From an uncultured bacterium (GTDB lineage Bacteria > Patescibacteriota > Gracilibacteria > UBA1369 > PNNO01): 32,000 nt of DNA. The position numbers and the translations under genes were made by a program. This document shows positions 17,785 through 25,442 of this stretch, one piece after another. How positions within the stretch are numbered: the stretch's first letter is position 1; each line of letters opens with the position of its first letter. Where the stretch lies: the NCBI GenBank assembly GCA_963704705.1, contig OY969931.1, forward strand, positions 330,001 to 362,000, written 5' to 3'. The notes below the pieces were generated by a model. The model had not been told where the DNA came from, made no database searches, and saw only the letters and a list, made by a program, of their open reading frames with translations.

Positions 17785-19077
17785 CTAGCTATTATAAGTT
17801 AGCTTTGCCACGGTTTCAATATGATAGGTGTGCGGAGCCATATCTACAGGTTGCACAACATCAAGTTTGTAGCCTGCTTTTGAAAGAATTTTAAGGTCTC
17901 TGGCCTGAGTAGCTGGGTTGCAACTTACATAAACAATGTGTTTAGGTTTTAATACAGCCATTTTTTCACAAAGTTTTTCTGAAAGGCCGCTTCTGGGCGG
18001 ATCAACTATTACAACAACCGGCTTTATATTAAGCTCTTTAACTATTTGATATGCGTCACCCGCATGAAATTCAATGTTTCCAATATTATTAAGTACAGCA
18101 TTTTGTTTTGCATTTTGGATTGCAGATTCATTTGTGTCTGCGCCAAAAACCTTTTTTGCCTTATGTGCAATGGTCATACCTATTGTTCCTGTTCCGCAGA
18201 ATAAATCAAAAACAATGTCATTAGCGCTAATTTCACCCAAATCTTCAACTGTTTTATATAATTTTTCCGCTTGCAAGGTATTTGGCTGAAAAAAAGCCTG
18301 AGGCAAAATTTCAAATTTCAATCCACACATTCCTTCTGTAAGAGTTTTTTTTCCAAATAAATGTTGTTCGATTAATTGTGTTGGTTTGCCTTTTTTGGCT
18401 ATTTTTTGAGTGATGTAGATTGAAGTTGAAAATGGTTTCATTAGATCGACAAAGTGTTTGCTGTCAATTTCACAATCCGAATAAATTAGATTAATAAGCC
18501 GTTCATTTGTTTTTTTACCTTCTCTTATTATTATTGAAATCATCCCGGGTTTGATGATAGGCCGCACAGCTTCGAGAATTTTTGGAATTTCTTCGCTTTC
18601 AAGAAAACACTCTTCCAAGTCAAAAACTTCATATCTGTAACCCTTTGGATGAAGCCCGACCATATTCTCATAGAAGCTGAATTCCATTTTATTTCTATAA
18701 AACCATGGCTCTTCGCAGCCAATAATCGGTTTAATTTTCGGATTTTTAAATCCTCCGATGTGTTCCAGCGATTCGCGAACCTGCCCTTCTTTTATTTCCA
18801 GTTGTTTTTCATAAGGAAGATATTGCCATGTACAACCGCCACATGTTTCAAAGTGTTTGCATCTTGGCTTAACGCGGGTTTCAGAAGGTTTGATTATTTT
18901 TATTAATTTGGCTTCAAAGAATTTTGGCTTAATCCTTGTAAATGAACACTCAACCATATCTCCGGGAACAGTGTTGTCGACAAAAATCACTTTGCTATCA
19001 AAATGCCCTATACCTCTGCCGCCGAAGCTTAAGTTTTCAATTGTAACCTCTGCTGTTTGTCCTTTTTTGTATTGCAT
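17785..19077 (-). CDS. 23S rRNA (uracil-C5)-methyltransferase, RumA/RlmD family
   Basis: N-terminal TRAM-like domain, a Cys cluster (CKHFETCGGCTWQ), a SAM-binding motif (DLFCGTGTIG) and the catalytic region VDPPRSG...YVSCNP. Confidence 0.88.
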   Translation of the reverse strand: MQYKKGQTAEVTIENLSFGGRGIGHFDSKVIFVDNTVPGDMVECSFTRIKPKFFEAKLIKIIKPSETRVKPRCKHFETCGGCTWQYLPYEKQLEIKEGQVRESLEHIGGFKNPKIKPIIGCEEPWFYRNKMEFSFYENMVGLHPKGYRYEVFDLEECFLESEEIPKILEAVRPIIKPGMISIIIREGKKTNERLINLIYSDCEIDSKHFVDLMKPFSTSIYITQKIAKKGKPTQLIEQHLFGKKTLTEGMCGLKFEILPQAFFQPNTLQAEKLYKTVEDLGEISANDIVFDLFCGTGTIGMTIAHKAKKVFGADTNESAIQNAKQNAVLNNIGNIEFHAGDAYQIVKELNIKPVVVIVDPPRSGLSEKLCEKMAVLKPKHIVYVSCNPATQARDLKILSKAGYKLDVVQPVDMAPHTYHIETVAKLTYNS

Positions 19078-19107
19078 AGCGCATGAATATTACATTAAAA
19101 TCAATAT

Positions 19108-19530
19108 ATGCTCCATATACAAATAATTCAGGTAGGCAAAACAAAAGAGAAGCTTTTTAAGGCAGCCGAGGACGAATTTATAAAACGATTATCAAAATAT
19201 TCAAAATTAACAATAGACACGGTTGAAGATAATTCCAAAATACTTGAACGTGTTGAAAACGGCTCTTACAAAATAGCACTCGAAATAAAAGGAGAAGAAT
19301 TTACTTCTGAAGAATTCGCTGAATTTATTAAACGCCGTCAGTTTTTTGGCGGCAAAATTACCTTTATAATAGGAGGTCCATTCGGATTACCTTTAGATAT
19401 TAGTGACGCTTGCGATAAAAAGGTTTCACTATCAAGAATGACATTCACTCATCAAATGGTGCGGGTGTTTTTGCTCGAACAGATTTACAGAGCAATGACA
19501 ATATTGGAAGGAAAGACATACCACTATTAA
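19108..19530 (+). CDS. rlmH: 23S rRNA (pseudouridine1915-N3)-methyltransferase RlmH
   Basis: 140-aa SPOUT fold with FIIGGPFGL and SLSRMTFTHQMVRVFLLEQIYRA, typical of RlmH. Confidence 0.9.
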   Translation: MLHIQIIQVGKTKEKLFKAAEDEFIKRLSKYSKLTIDTVEDNSKILERVENGSYKIALEIKGEEFTSEEFAEFIKRRQFFGGKITFIIGGPFGLPLDISDACDKKVSLSRMTFTHQMVRVFLLEQIYRAMTILEGKTYHY

Positions 19531-19546
19531 TTTCTAAAATTACCCC

Positions 19547-19575
19547 TTGACAAATTTTATAATATTATGCATAAT
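19547..19575 (+). promoter_or_regulatory. candidate sigma70-type promoter of an SLH gene
   Basis: TTGACA (19547-19552), 17-nt spacer, CATAAT (19570-19575). It is preceded by ACCCC, as is the promoter at 25588. Confidence 0.5.
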
Positions 19576-19611
19576 ATTCTCCTTTGTGAATATTTATTAA
19601 TTTCTTATACC

Positions 19612-20493
19612 ATGAATTATCTTAAAAAAGCCATTTCACTGCTTACTGTATTATCGCTTGCACTAGTTGTAACTGTTAATACTGCACAGGCAGATTCAGA
19701 CAATCCTTTATATGCTGTTAATAACGACGGCACATTCGGAATGGGAGTTGATGTCTTCCGTGATGTTTGTGAAGTAACCGGCGGTGTATGGGATGTAGTT
19801 GACGGACGTCATGTTTGTTACTGCTGGGAAGGAGAATTTAATTATCCTTATGGATGTCCGGGAGATATTAGCAATAACGATAATTACGACAATAATTATG
19901 ACAATAATTACGACAATAATTATTATGACCATAACCAAAGAAATCCATTTTGGGATTTAGCAGGAAACCCTGATGAATATTATGTACTTGAACTTTATGA
20001 TTTAGGAATTTTGCAGGGATATCCTGATGGGTCATTCAGACCGGATCAGCCTGTTACAAGAGCTGAAATGACAAAAATGGTTCTAATGGCGTCAAAATTA
20101 AGCCCATTACCTTGTGATGAAGACAGAAATCAGTTCTTTGCTGACCTTGATAACTGGCAGGCTCCATGGGTAAACGCAGCATACAGAATGGATATTGCTG
20201 AAGGTTATTCAGGATATAACAGCGGAGTAAGATTATTTAAACCAAATAACTTAGTAAATAGAGTTGAAGGTGTAAAATTAGTACTTGCATCTTTTGGCCG
20301 CAGACCATTGGATTTCGAAAAAACATCATTTACGGATGCAGTAGAATGGATGGTCCCTTGGCTTGAAGACGCGTATAGGATCGGATTAATCGATCACGAC
20401 TACAACGGTAGATTCTACCCTGCAGAGCCAATGACAAGAGGCGTTGCAGCAAGAGTAATTGTTAAAATGCTACAATACTCCGGAGATATCTAG
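19612..20493 (+). CDS. secreted SLH-domain protein with a Cys-rich N-terminal region and an Asp/Asn/Tyr repeat
   Basis: Signal peptide MNYLKKAISLLTVLSLALVVTVNTAQA. The sequence continues with CEV..VCYCWEG..GCPG, then NDNYDNNYDNNYDNNYYDHN, then three SLH-like repeats (ILQGYPDGSFRPDQPVTRAEM...). I chose the ATG at 19612 because the candidate -10 box lies downstream of the track ATG at 19567. Confidence 0.8.
   Translation: MNYLKKAISLLTVLSLALVVTVNTAQADSDNPLYAVNNDGTFGMGVDVFRDVCEVTGGVWDVVDGRHVCYCWEGEFNYPYGCPGDISNNDNYDNNYDNNYDNNYYDHNQRNPFWDLAGNPDEYYVLELYDLGILQGYPDGSFRPDQPVTRAEMTKMVLMASKLSPLPCDEDRNQFFADLDNWQAPWVNAAYRMDIAEGYSGYNSGVRLFKPNNLVNRVEGVKLVLASFGRRPLDFEKTSFTDAVEWMVPWLEDAYRIGLIDHDYNGRFYPAEPMTRGVAARVIVKMLQYSGDI
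19876..19923 (+). repeat. 12-bp in-frame tandem repeat, about 4 copies (GACAATAATTAY), encoding (DNNY)n
   Basis: Units at 19876-87 (degenerate), 19888-99, 19900-11 and 19912-23. Confidence 0.8.
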
Positions 20494-20531
20494 CCAATTT
20501 ATTTTATAAGTTCCTCCCTTTAAGGTAAAAT

Positions 20532-20570
20532 GAGACATGGCAATTAACAAGTAAAGCCATGTCTCTTTTT
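20532..20570 (+). terminator. rho-independent terminator after the 19612 gene; its 3' arm contains the next start codon
   Basis: Perfect 10-bp stem GAGACATGGC (20532-41) / GCCATGTCTC (20556-65), 14-nt loop, then TTTTT. The ATG at 20559 lies inside the 3' arm. Confidence 0.5.
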
Positions 20571-21566
20571 AAAAGGCTATCTATAGTGACATTAATTTCA
20601 GGCATTGTTTTTGTGCAAAGTGTTTCAGCGGAGTTTGTCACAGAATTTAGGGTAACGACTTTAACGGATAAAACAAATTATAATTTAGATGATACGGTTA
20701 CAATAACAATGCAGGCCGAGAATCATACTAACGAAGATATAACTTTAAATTTTTCTTCAGGATGCCAGATGGGGCTTGAAGTTTTCTTAAATGATCAACT
20801 TGTTTATAACGAAGAAATGTATCCGAGAAACTGCAGCGATTCAGCAACTTCAATAAGCCTCCCAAAAGATAAAAAAGCTGTTTGGTCAAGATCGCTAAAA
20901 ATTGATGATAAAGGCTATCCTTTCACAGAAAACGGTAGATATAAAATTCATGCTTATATTATGGATCATGAAAAAGAAGATTGGTATGCGCAATCTACGT
21001 CTTATGTGAATATTGTATTCGGTGAAGAATTTTTAAATGTATTTAACGATATTTATGATCATTGGGCCAAAACATATATTGAAAAATTATATGATCAGGG
21101 AGTGATTCAGGGTTATGAAGACGGCGGATTTCATCCGGACGCACCAATAAACAGAGCCGAATTGGTACAAATGGCTTTGGGTGCAGCCCAAATTCAGTTA
21201 AGCGATACTGTTAATGATGAAAATTTTAAATTTGAAGATTTGGATGATTGGCAGGTTCCTGCGGTTTATGAAGCGTGGAAAAGGGGAATAGTACAAGGGT
21301 ACAGTGAAACTTCTTTTGCTCCTGCTCAAAATATTACCAGGGCTGAAGCTCTTAAGGTTGCTTTACTTGCTTTTGGTGCTGATATACCGCAAAATTCAGA
21401 TGAATATGCTTTCGAAGATACTAAAGATCATTGGGCTTCTGATTATATAAATTATGCTTATTTGAATTTTATTGTTGCTGGCAGGTCTGATGGACTTTTT
21501 TATCCCGACGATCCGATTACGCGAGCTGAAGCAGCAAAAATTATCAGTAAATTAATAGAATTATAA
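20559..21566 (+). CDS. secreted SLH-domain protein with an N-terminal Ig-like domain (possibly BsuPI-like)
   Basis: Signal peptide MSLFKRLSIVTLISGIVFVQSVSA. An N-terminal beta-rich domain of about 140 aa (TLNFSSGCQMGLEVFLNDQLVYNEE...) is followed by three SLH repeats (VIQGYEDGGFHPDAPINRAEL, IVQGYSETSFAPAQNITRAEA, GRSDGLFYPDDPITRAEA). The BsuPI-like call is by pattern resemblance only. Confidence 0.8.
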   Translation: MSLFKRLSIVTLISGIVFVQSVSAEFVTEFRVTTLTDKTNYNLDDTVTITMQAENHTNEDITLNFSSGCQMGLEVFLNDQLVYNEEMYPRNCSDSATSISLPKDKKAVWSRSLKIDDKGYPFTENGRYKIHAYIMDHEKEDWYAQSTSYVNIVFGEEFLNVFNDIYDHWAKTYIEKLYDQGVIQGYEDGGFHPDAPINRAELVQMALGAAQIQLSDTVNDENFKFEDLDDWQVPAVYEAWKRGIVQGYSETSFAPAQNITRAEALKVALLAFGADIPQNSDEYAFEDTKDHWASDYINYAYLNFIVAGRSDGLFYPDDPITRAEAAKIISKLIEL

Positions 21567-21793
21567 AAGACAGAAAACCTTTAGAAATAGCGGTTTTTGC
21601 ATTAGGAGCCTTTTTACTCTCAGTATTTTTTGTATTCGGATCATATGTTAAAGATTTAAAAGTAAATGCAATTGAATCAGGCATTATTATTGAACCTGAC
21701 CGATATGTTGGAGCAATCGCGTATCAAGGTGACCTTGATAAAATACGCGAACTTAATGGTTCAATTACAATTGTTGAATCAAACGATAAACCT

Positions 21794-22957
21794 TTGGAAA
21801 CCGCACGTTCATATGATGGTTTTGTTGTAGCTTTAATTAAAGATTCCCGAAACGACCATATTTTTGATGAAATCAACAAACAGACTTTTGAAAGAGTAAT
21901 AAGGAATTTTGAATTTGAGAGAGTAAAGTATTTGGCGCTTACAAATCCTAATGAAATAAAAACAGCATTATATTATTTTGATTCGATTGGAGCACATAAA
22001 GTTGACTACAAAGATGGTGTTTATTATTTCAGTAAGGGCGAATCTGATTATAAAGGACCAATTACAATTGTTGCTTTTGGGGATGTCATGCTTGGCCGTT
22101 TTGTTAGAACATTAATGGATCAAAACGGAATGGATTATCCTTTTGCGAAAGCAGGAGACCTTAAAGGTGCTGACTTTGTACATGCCAATTTTGAAGGTCC
22201 GATTAAAGAAAATGAAGTTGCAACAAGTAAATCCATATCTTTCAGATTCAAACCCGATGTTATCTGGCCTTTAAAAGCTTCTGGTATAAATATTGTTAAT
22301 ATTGCGAATAATCATGCATTGGACCAGGGCTGGGGAGGCCGTGACGATACAAAAAGGTTTTTAAATGAAGCTGGAATAAGATTCTTTGGACAACCTAAAA
22401 ATGAAAAAGAAGACAATGTCTATATAGGTGAAGTTAATGGCAAGAAAATAGCGTTTATTGGATATGACGACACTATTTTTAAAGTAGATGAAAACAGTGC
22501 CCGTGAATTGATCAGCGGATTGGAAGATCAGGTAGATTTCACAATTGTTTCAATTCATTGGGGAGTTGAATATAAACATCAGCCGATTCAGAGAAAGGTT
22601 TATTTGGCTCATTTGTTTGCTGATAGCGGCGCAGACCTTGTGATTGGACATCATCCGCACGTTGTCCAGACAATGGAAATTTATAATGGAGTGCCGATAT
22701 TTTACAGCCTTGGAAATTTTGTTTTTGATCAGTATTGGTCTCTTGATACTCAGGAAGGGCTAGGAATAGGTGCAGAGCTTTTTGATAATAAAATTGTTCT
22801 ATATCTTTATCCTTATAAATTGCCTCAAAGCCAGCCTCAGTTCATTGAAGGAGATGAAAAAGCAGCTTTTCTGGAAAAATTTATTAGTTGGGGAAACTAT
22901 AGCGATGAACTGGCTGCACAAATAAGAGCCGCTAAAGTTGAGATTCCGATCAATTAA
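21794..22957 (+). CDS. CapA-family (poly-gamma-glutamate capsule synthesis-like) metallophosphatase-fold protein; the true start is probably upstream
   Basis: Motifs GDVMLGR, ANFEGPI, NIANNHALDQG, SIHWGVEY, GHHPHVVQ and YSLGNFVFDQ. The frame stays open upstream to 21551 and encodes a TM helix but has no canonical start (see findings). Confidence 0.85.
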   Translation: METARSYDGFVVALIKDSRNDHIFDEINKQTFERVIRNFEFERVKYLALTNPNEIKTALYYFDSIGAHKVDYKDGVYYFSKGESDYKGPITIVAFGDVMLGRFVRTLMDQNGMDYPFAKAGDLKGADFVHANFEGPIKENEVATSKSISFRFKPDVIWPLKASGINIVNIANNHALDQGWGGRDDTKRFLNEAGIRFFGQPKNEKEDNVYIGEVNGKKIAFIGYDDTIFKVDENSARELISGLEDQVDFTIVSIHWGVEYKHQPIQRKVYLAHLFADSGADLVIGHHPHVVQTMEIYNGVPIFYSLGNFVFDQYWSLDTQEGLGIGAELFDNKIVLYLYPYKLPQSQPQFIEGDEKAAFLEKFISWGNYSDELAAQIRAAKVEIPIN

Positions 22958-22996
22958 TGGTATAATATACTAATGTATAAATTAAACCATTAATAT

Positions 22997-24409
22997 ATGA
23001 AACTTGAGTTTATTGGTGCTGCCAAGGAAGTTACGGGTTCAAAGCACCTTTTGCACGTGAATGGCAAGAAAATACTTTTAGATTGCGGAATGTTCCAGGG
23101 TAAACGTAAAGAAGCCTACGATAAGAACATGAATTTCCCTTTTAATCCTTCTGAAATTGACGCTGTTATACTTTCTCATGCGCATATAGACCATAGCGGA
23201 CTTTTGCCATTATTATGTAAACAAGGATTTAAAGGACCTATTTATTCAACATTTGCCACACGCGATTTATGCCATTATATGCTTATGGACAGTGCTTATA
23301 TACAAGAACGTGAAGCGGAATATCTAAATAAGAAAAAGGAAAAACACGGCGAAGAACCAATTGAACCAATATATACAACAGATGATGCTGAACAGGCATT
23401 AAGTCAGTTTATTGGTATGGGTTATGAGCGTACTTTCACTGTTGAAGACGCTTTGGCAGCTTGTTTTTATGATGCAGGTCATATCTTGGGTTCGTCAGTT
23501 GTACATATAATTGTTTATGAAAAAGATATAGATAAAAGAACTACATTAGGCTTTACAGGTGACCTTGGTCGTAAGAATATCCCACTTTTAAGAGATCCGC
23601 AGCCAATGCCGCCATCTGAATTTTTTATTACGGAAACAACATACGGAAATCGTTTACATGAAGCTTTTGATCAGTTGGATGCACAGCTTATTGATATAGT
23701 TAATAACACTTATAAAAAAGGCGGAAAGCTGATAATTCCCGCTTTCTCGGTTGGCAGAACACAGGAAGTTGTGTACAGACTTAATGTAGCAGTTAAAGAC
23801 AAGCTTATTCCTGAATTCCCGATTTTTGTGGATAGTCCTTTGTCAGGTAATATTACAGAAGTTTTCTCGGCACATCCTGAATGTTTTGACCGTGAGGTAT
23901 ACCGTGAATTTATTGATAACCGCTTAAATCCGTTTGGATTTGGAAAAGTAAAGTATATTACAGATGTTGCTGAATCAAAAAAACTTAATACATATGACAA
24001 ACCATGTATTATTATTTCAGCTTCAGGAATGTGTGAGTTCGGACGAATTCTTCATCATTTGAAAAATAATATAGAAGACCCGCGAAATACTGTATTGCTT
24101 GTTGGATATCAGGCTGAAAATACTTTGGGCCGAAAAATTCAGGATGGAATGAAAATTGTAAATATTTTTGGAGAACCTTATGATGTGAAATGTGATGTTC
24201 ATAAAATAGATGCTTTCTCAGCGCATGCTGATCGAAGCGATTTGATTGACTACGTGAGTCATATTAAAGGAATTAAACAAATATTCCTTGTACATGGCGA
24301 AATCGATTCGCTTAATGCATTTCAAAATGTTCTTCACGAGAATGGCTATGACAACGCAATGATTCCTTCTCCAGGAGATATTGTCGATTTGACTGACAGT
24401 AAGCTTTAA
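22997..24409 (+). CDS. beta-CASP family metallo-beta-lactamase-fold ribonuclease
   Basis: Motifs MKLEFIGAAKEVTGS and HAHIDHSG, beta-CASP motifs (ETTYG, AFSVGRTQE, SAHAD) and a C-terminal RNA-specificity region. 470 aa. Confidence 0.88.
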   Translation: MKLEFIGAAKEVTGSKHLLHVNGKKILLDCGMFQGKRKEAYDKNMNFPFNPSEIDAVILSHAHIDHSGLLPLLCKQGFKGPIYSTFATRDLCHYMLMDSAYIQEREAEYLNKKKEKHGEEPIEPIYTTDDAEQALSQFIGMGYERTFTVEDALAACFYDAGHILGSSVVHIIVYEKDIDKRTTLGFTGDLGRKNIPLLRDPQPMPPSEFFITETTYGNRLHEAFDQLDAQLIDIVNNTYKKGGKLIIPAFSVGRTQEVVYRLNVAVKDKLIPEFPIFVDSPLSGNITEVFSAHPECFDREVYREFIDNRLNPFGFGKVKYITDVAESKKLNTYDKPCIIISASGMCEFGRILHHLKNNIEDPRNTVLLVGYQAENTLGRKIQDGMKIVNIFGEPYDVKCDVHKIDAFSAHADRSDLIDYVSHIKGIKQIFLVHGEIDSLNAFQNVLHENGYDNAMIPSPGDIVDLTDSKL

Positions 24410-24432
24410 AGCTTAGTTGTATGCAATTAATA

Positions 24433-24460
24433 TTGATATTTATTCTAAGTTCGATATAAT
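24433..24460 (+). promoter_or_regulatory. candidate promoter of the tRNA-Gly gene
   Basis: TTGATA (24433-38), 16-nt spacer, TATAAT (24455-60), about 35 nt upstream of the tRNA. Confidence 0.4.
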
Positions 24461-24494
24461 GCTTTTTGCACTTCCAGTATTGATATTTGAATGT

Positions 24495-24569
24495 GCGGGT
24501 ATAGTATAATGGCTATTATGTTGGCCTTCCAAGCCGAAGATACGGGTTCGATCCCCGTTACCCGCTCCA
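24495..24569 (+). tRNA. tRNA-Gly, anticodon UCC, with genomically encoded CCA
   Basis: Folded by hand. Acceptor GCGGGTA/TACCCGC, D arm GTAT-AATGGCTA-TTAT, anticodon arm TTGGC-CTTCCAA-GCCGA, 4-nt variable loop, T arm ACGGG-TTCGATC-CCCGT, discriminator T, CCA. 75 nt. Confidence 0.93.
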
Positions 24570-24572
24570 AAC

Positions 24573-24609
24573 AAAAATGACAAGCCTAGCGCTTGGCATT
24601 TTTCGTTTT
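24573..24609 (+). terminator. rho-independent terminator after tRNA-Gly
   Basis: ATGACAAGC (24577-85) / GCTTGGCAT (24591-99) pair at 8 of 9 positions. The stem has an A-run before it and TTTTTCGTTTT after it. Confidence 0.55.
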
Positions 24610-24645
24610 GGTGTGGGGAAAGGTTGGAGCGCAGCCGTAGGGTTG

Positions 24646-24687
24646 CCTTAAGCATGCGTACGAACGAAGTGAGTCGGATGATTAAGG
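24646..24687 (+). other. conserved hairpin element, copy A (structured RNA or folded-DNA recombination site, unassigned)
   Basis: Outer stem CCTTAA (24646-51) / TTAAGG (24682-87). Inner stem CG(T)AC (24657-61) / GTCG (24673-76). Apical part GA-AC-GAA-GT-GA. Confidence 0.5.
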
Positions 24688-24715
24688 ACAGCGAAGTGAA
24701 CGAAGTGAGCGTAGA

Positions 24716-24737
24716 TCGATCCCCGTTACCCGCTCCA
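24716..24737 (+). repeat. 22-nt perfect direct repeat of the tRNA-Gly 3' end (T-loop through CCA; equals 24548-24569)
   Basis: TCGATCCCCGTTACCCGCTCCA occurs at 24548-24569 and again at 24716-24737. The second copy lacks the 5' strand of the T stem, so it is not a tRNA. Confidence 0.9.
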
Positions 24738-24843
24738 TTAGGTTCGAACCAAGAATAGCCCTTTCTGTAGAGGAAAAGGGTTGTTATGTGTGTGAGTGGG
24801 GTTTAAATAAAGTGAATAAGACATTGTGTATTTATTTCAAAAT

Positions 24844-24871
24844 TTGATTGAACGGAAAATTAAGTTATAAT
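24844..24871 (+). promoter_or_regulatory. candidate promoter of the 24893 ORF
   Basis: TTGATT (24844-49), 16-nt spacer, TATAAT (24866-71). Confidence 0.35.
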
Positions 24872-24892
24872 TTAATAAATTAAATATTTATC

Positions 24893-25408
24893 ATGGTAGA
24901 AATTAATGGAAATGAATTTGAACAATTATCTGATGAAGAGGTTAACGCTCTATGGGATGAAACTTTTCCAGTTACAGAGGTGCCAACTGATCTTACAAAT
25001 GAGAATAAAAGGGCGGCTTTAGAAGATATTGGATTTAAAGGATTTGAAATAAGCCAGCTCTCTGATAAGCAGGTCGACTATGTATGGGAAAAGTATCATG
25101 CATCTAGAAAAGTACCAACTGACTTCACAATCGAAATGAAAAGGGCGGTTTTGGAAATTAGAAGGCATCAAATAGCTCAAATATCTGATGCAGATATTGA
25201 TATTCTGTGGAAAAAGACTGTTTCAGATATAGAAGTAACAGCTTCAATAAAGGATATAAGAAGAATGATTTTAGAAAGAATTCAGAGTAATCCAAAACTA
25301 CTAGTCAGTGCAAAGGGACTTGTTAAAAGTAGCGAAGCATTAAGAAAGCATCACGAAGATTTTCGTAGACGAGAATTGTTAATGAGAGAGTGGGGAACTT
25401 TGGATTAA
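24893..25408 (+). CDS. hypothetical protein built from three ~40-aa internal repeats plus a basic helical C-terminus
   Basis: The repeats are FEQLSDEEVNALWDETFPVTEVPTDLTNENKRAALEDI, FEISQLSDKQVDYVWEKYHASRKVPTDFTIEMKRAVLEI and HQIAQISDADIDILWKKTVSDIEVTASIKDIRRMILERI. No signal peptide and no known family recognised. Confidence 0.65.
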   Translation: MVEINGNEFEQLSDEEVNALWDETFPVTEVPTDLTNENKRAALEDIGFKGFEISQLSDKQVDYVWEKYHASRKVPTDFTIEMKRAVLEIRRHQIAQISDADIDILWKKTVSDIEVTASIKDIRRMILERIQSNPKLLVSAKGLVKSSEALRKHHEDFRRRELLMREWGTLD

Positions 25409-25442
25409 AAAAGTTCTAACATCGTTGCAGGTGGAGCTCCAT

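Noticed and set aside
3572-18906. Remaining short track ORFs nested in or antisense to the larger genes (3572..3769, 4133..4351, 6994..7182, 7756..8025, 9581..9766, 11107..11325, 12018..12349, 14306..14494, 15345..15683, 15848..16039, 16258..16449, 17387..17629, 18074..18289, 18540..18722, 18649..19126). Later ones are 19708..19938, 23710..24000, 27435..27861, 29641..30357 and 30786..31059.
   Set aside because: All are fully contained in well-supported conserved genes on the other strand or in another frame. Their compositions are biased or low-complexity, and they have no independent signals.
19567-19611. N-terminal extensions in the track ORFs: 19567 for the SLH gene, 11109..11207 for the DsbA-like gene, and 31980 as the HtrA start.
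   Set aside because: The ATG at 19567 lies upstream of the candidate -10 box, and the extension precedes a perfect signal peptide that starts at 19612. The DsbA extension overlaps hisS by 83 nt. The codon at 31980 is an internal Leu in a frame that continues to the window edge.
22954-22993. The inverted repeat TTAATGGT ... ACCATTAA between the CapA and beta-CASP genes.
   Set aside because: The stem is AT-only with a 24-nt loop and has no T-run. It is probably fortuitous in AT-rich spacer DNA, and the loop's TATAAT may simply be the next gene's -10 box.
24440-24655. A 71-aa minus-strand ORF.
   Set aside because: It lies antisense across the tRNA-Gly gene and its terminator. It has no coding features, and the tRNA fold explains the sequence.
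24610-24737. A second tRNA, a tRNA with an intron, or a tmRNA-like gene ending in the duplicated ...TACCCGCTCCA.
   Set aside because: The copy starts inside the T-loop. The sequence upstream (GCGTAGA) cannot pair with CCCGT to form a T stem. Only a weak 5' acceptor partner exists (GTGGGGA, one mismatch and one G-U pair), with no D or anticodon arm, and the unit is far too short for a tmRNA.
24716-24737. The minus-strand reading as a 22-nt primer-binding site complementary to tRNA-Gly (retroelement-style).
   Set aside because: There is no reverse transcriptase or LTR-like structure in the window. A same-sense duplication of a tRNA 3' end is explained more simply as an integration scar.
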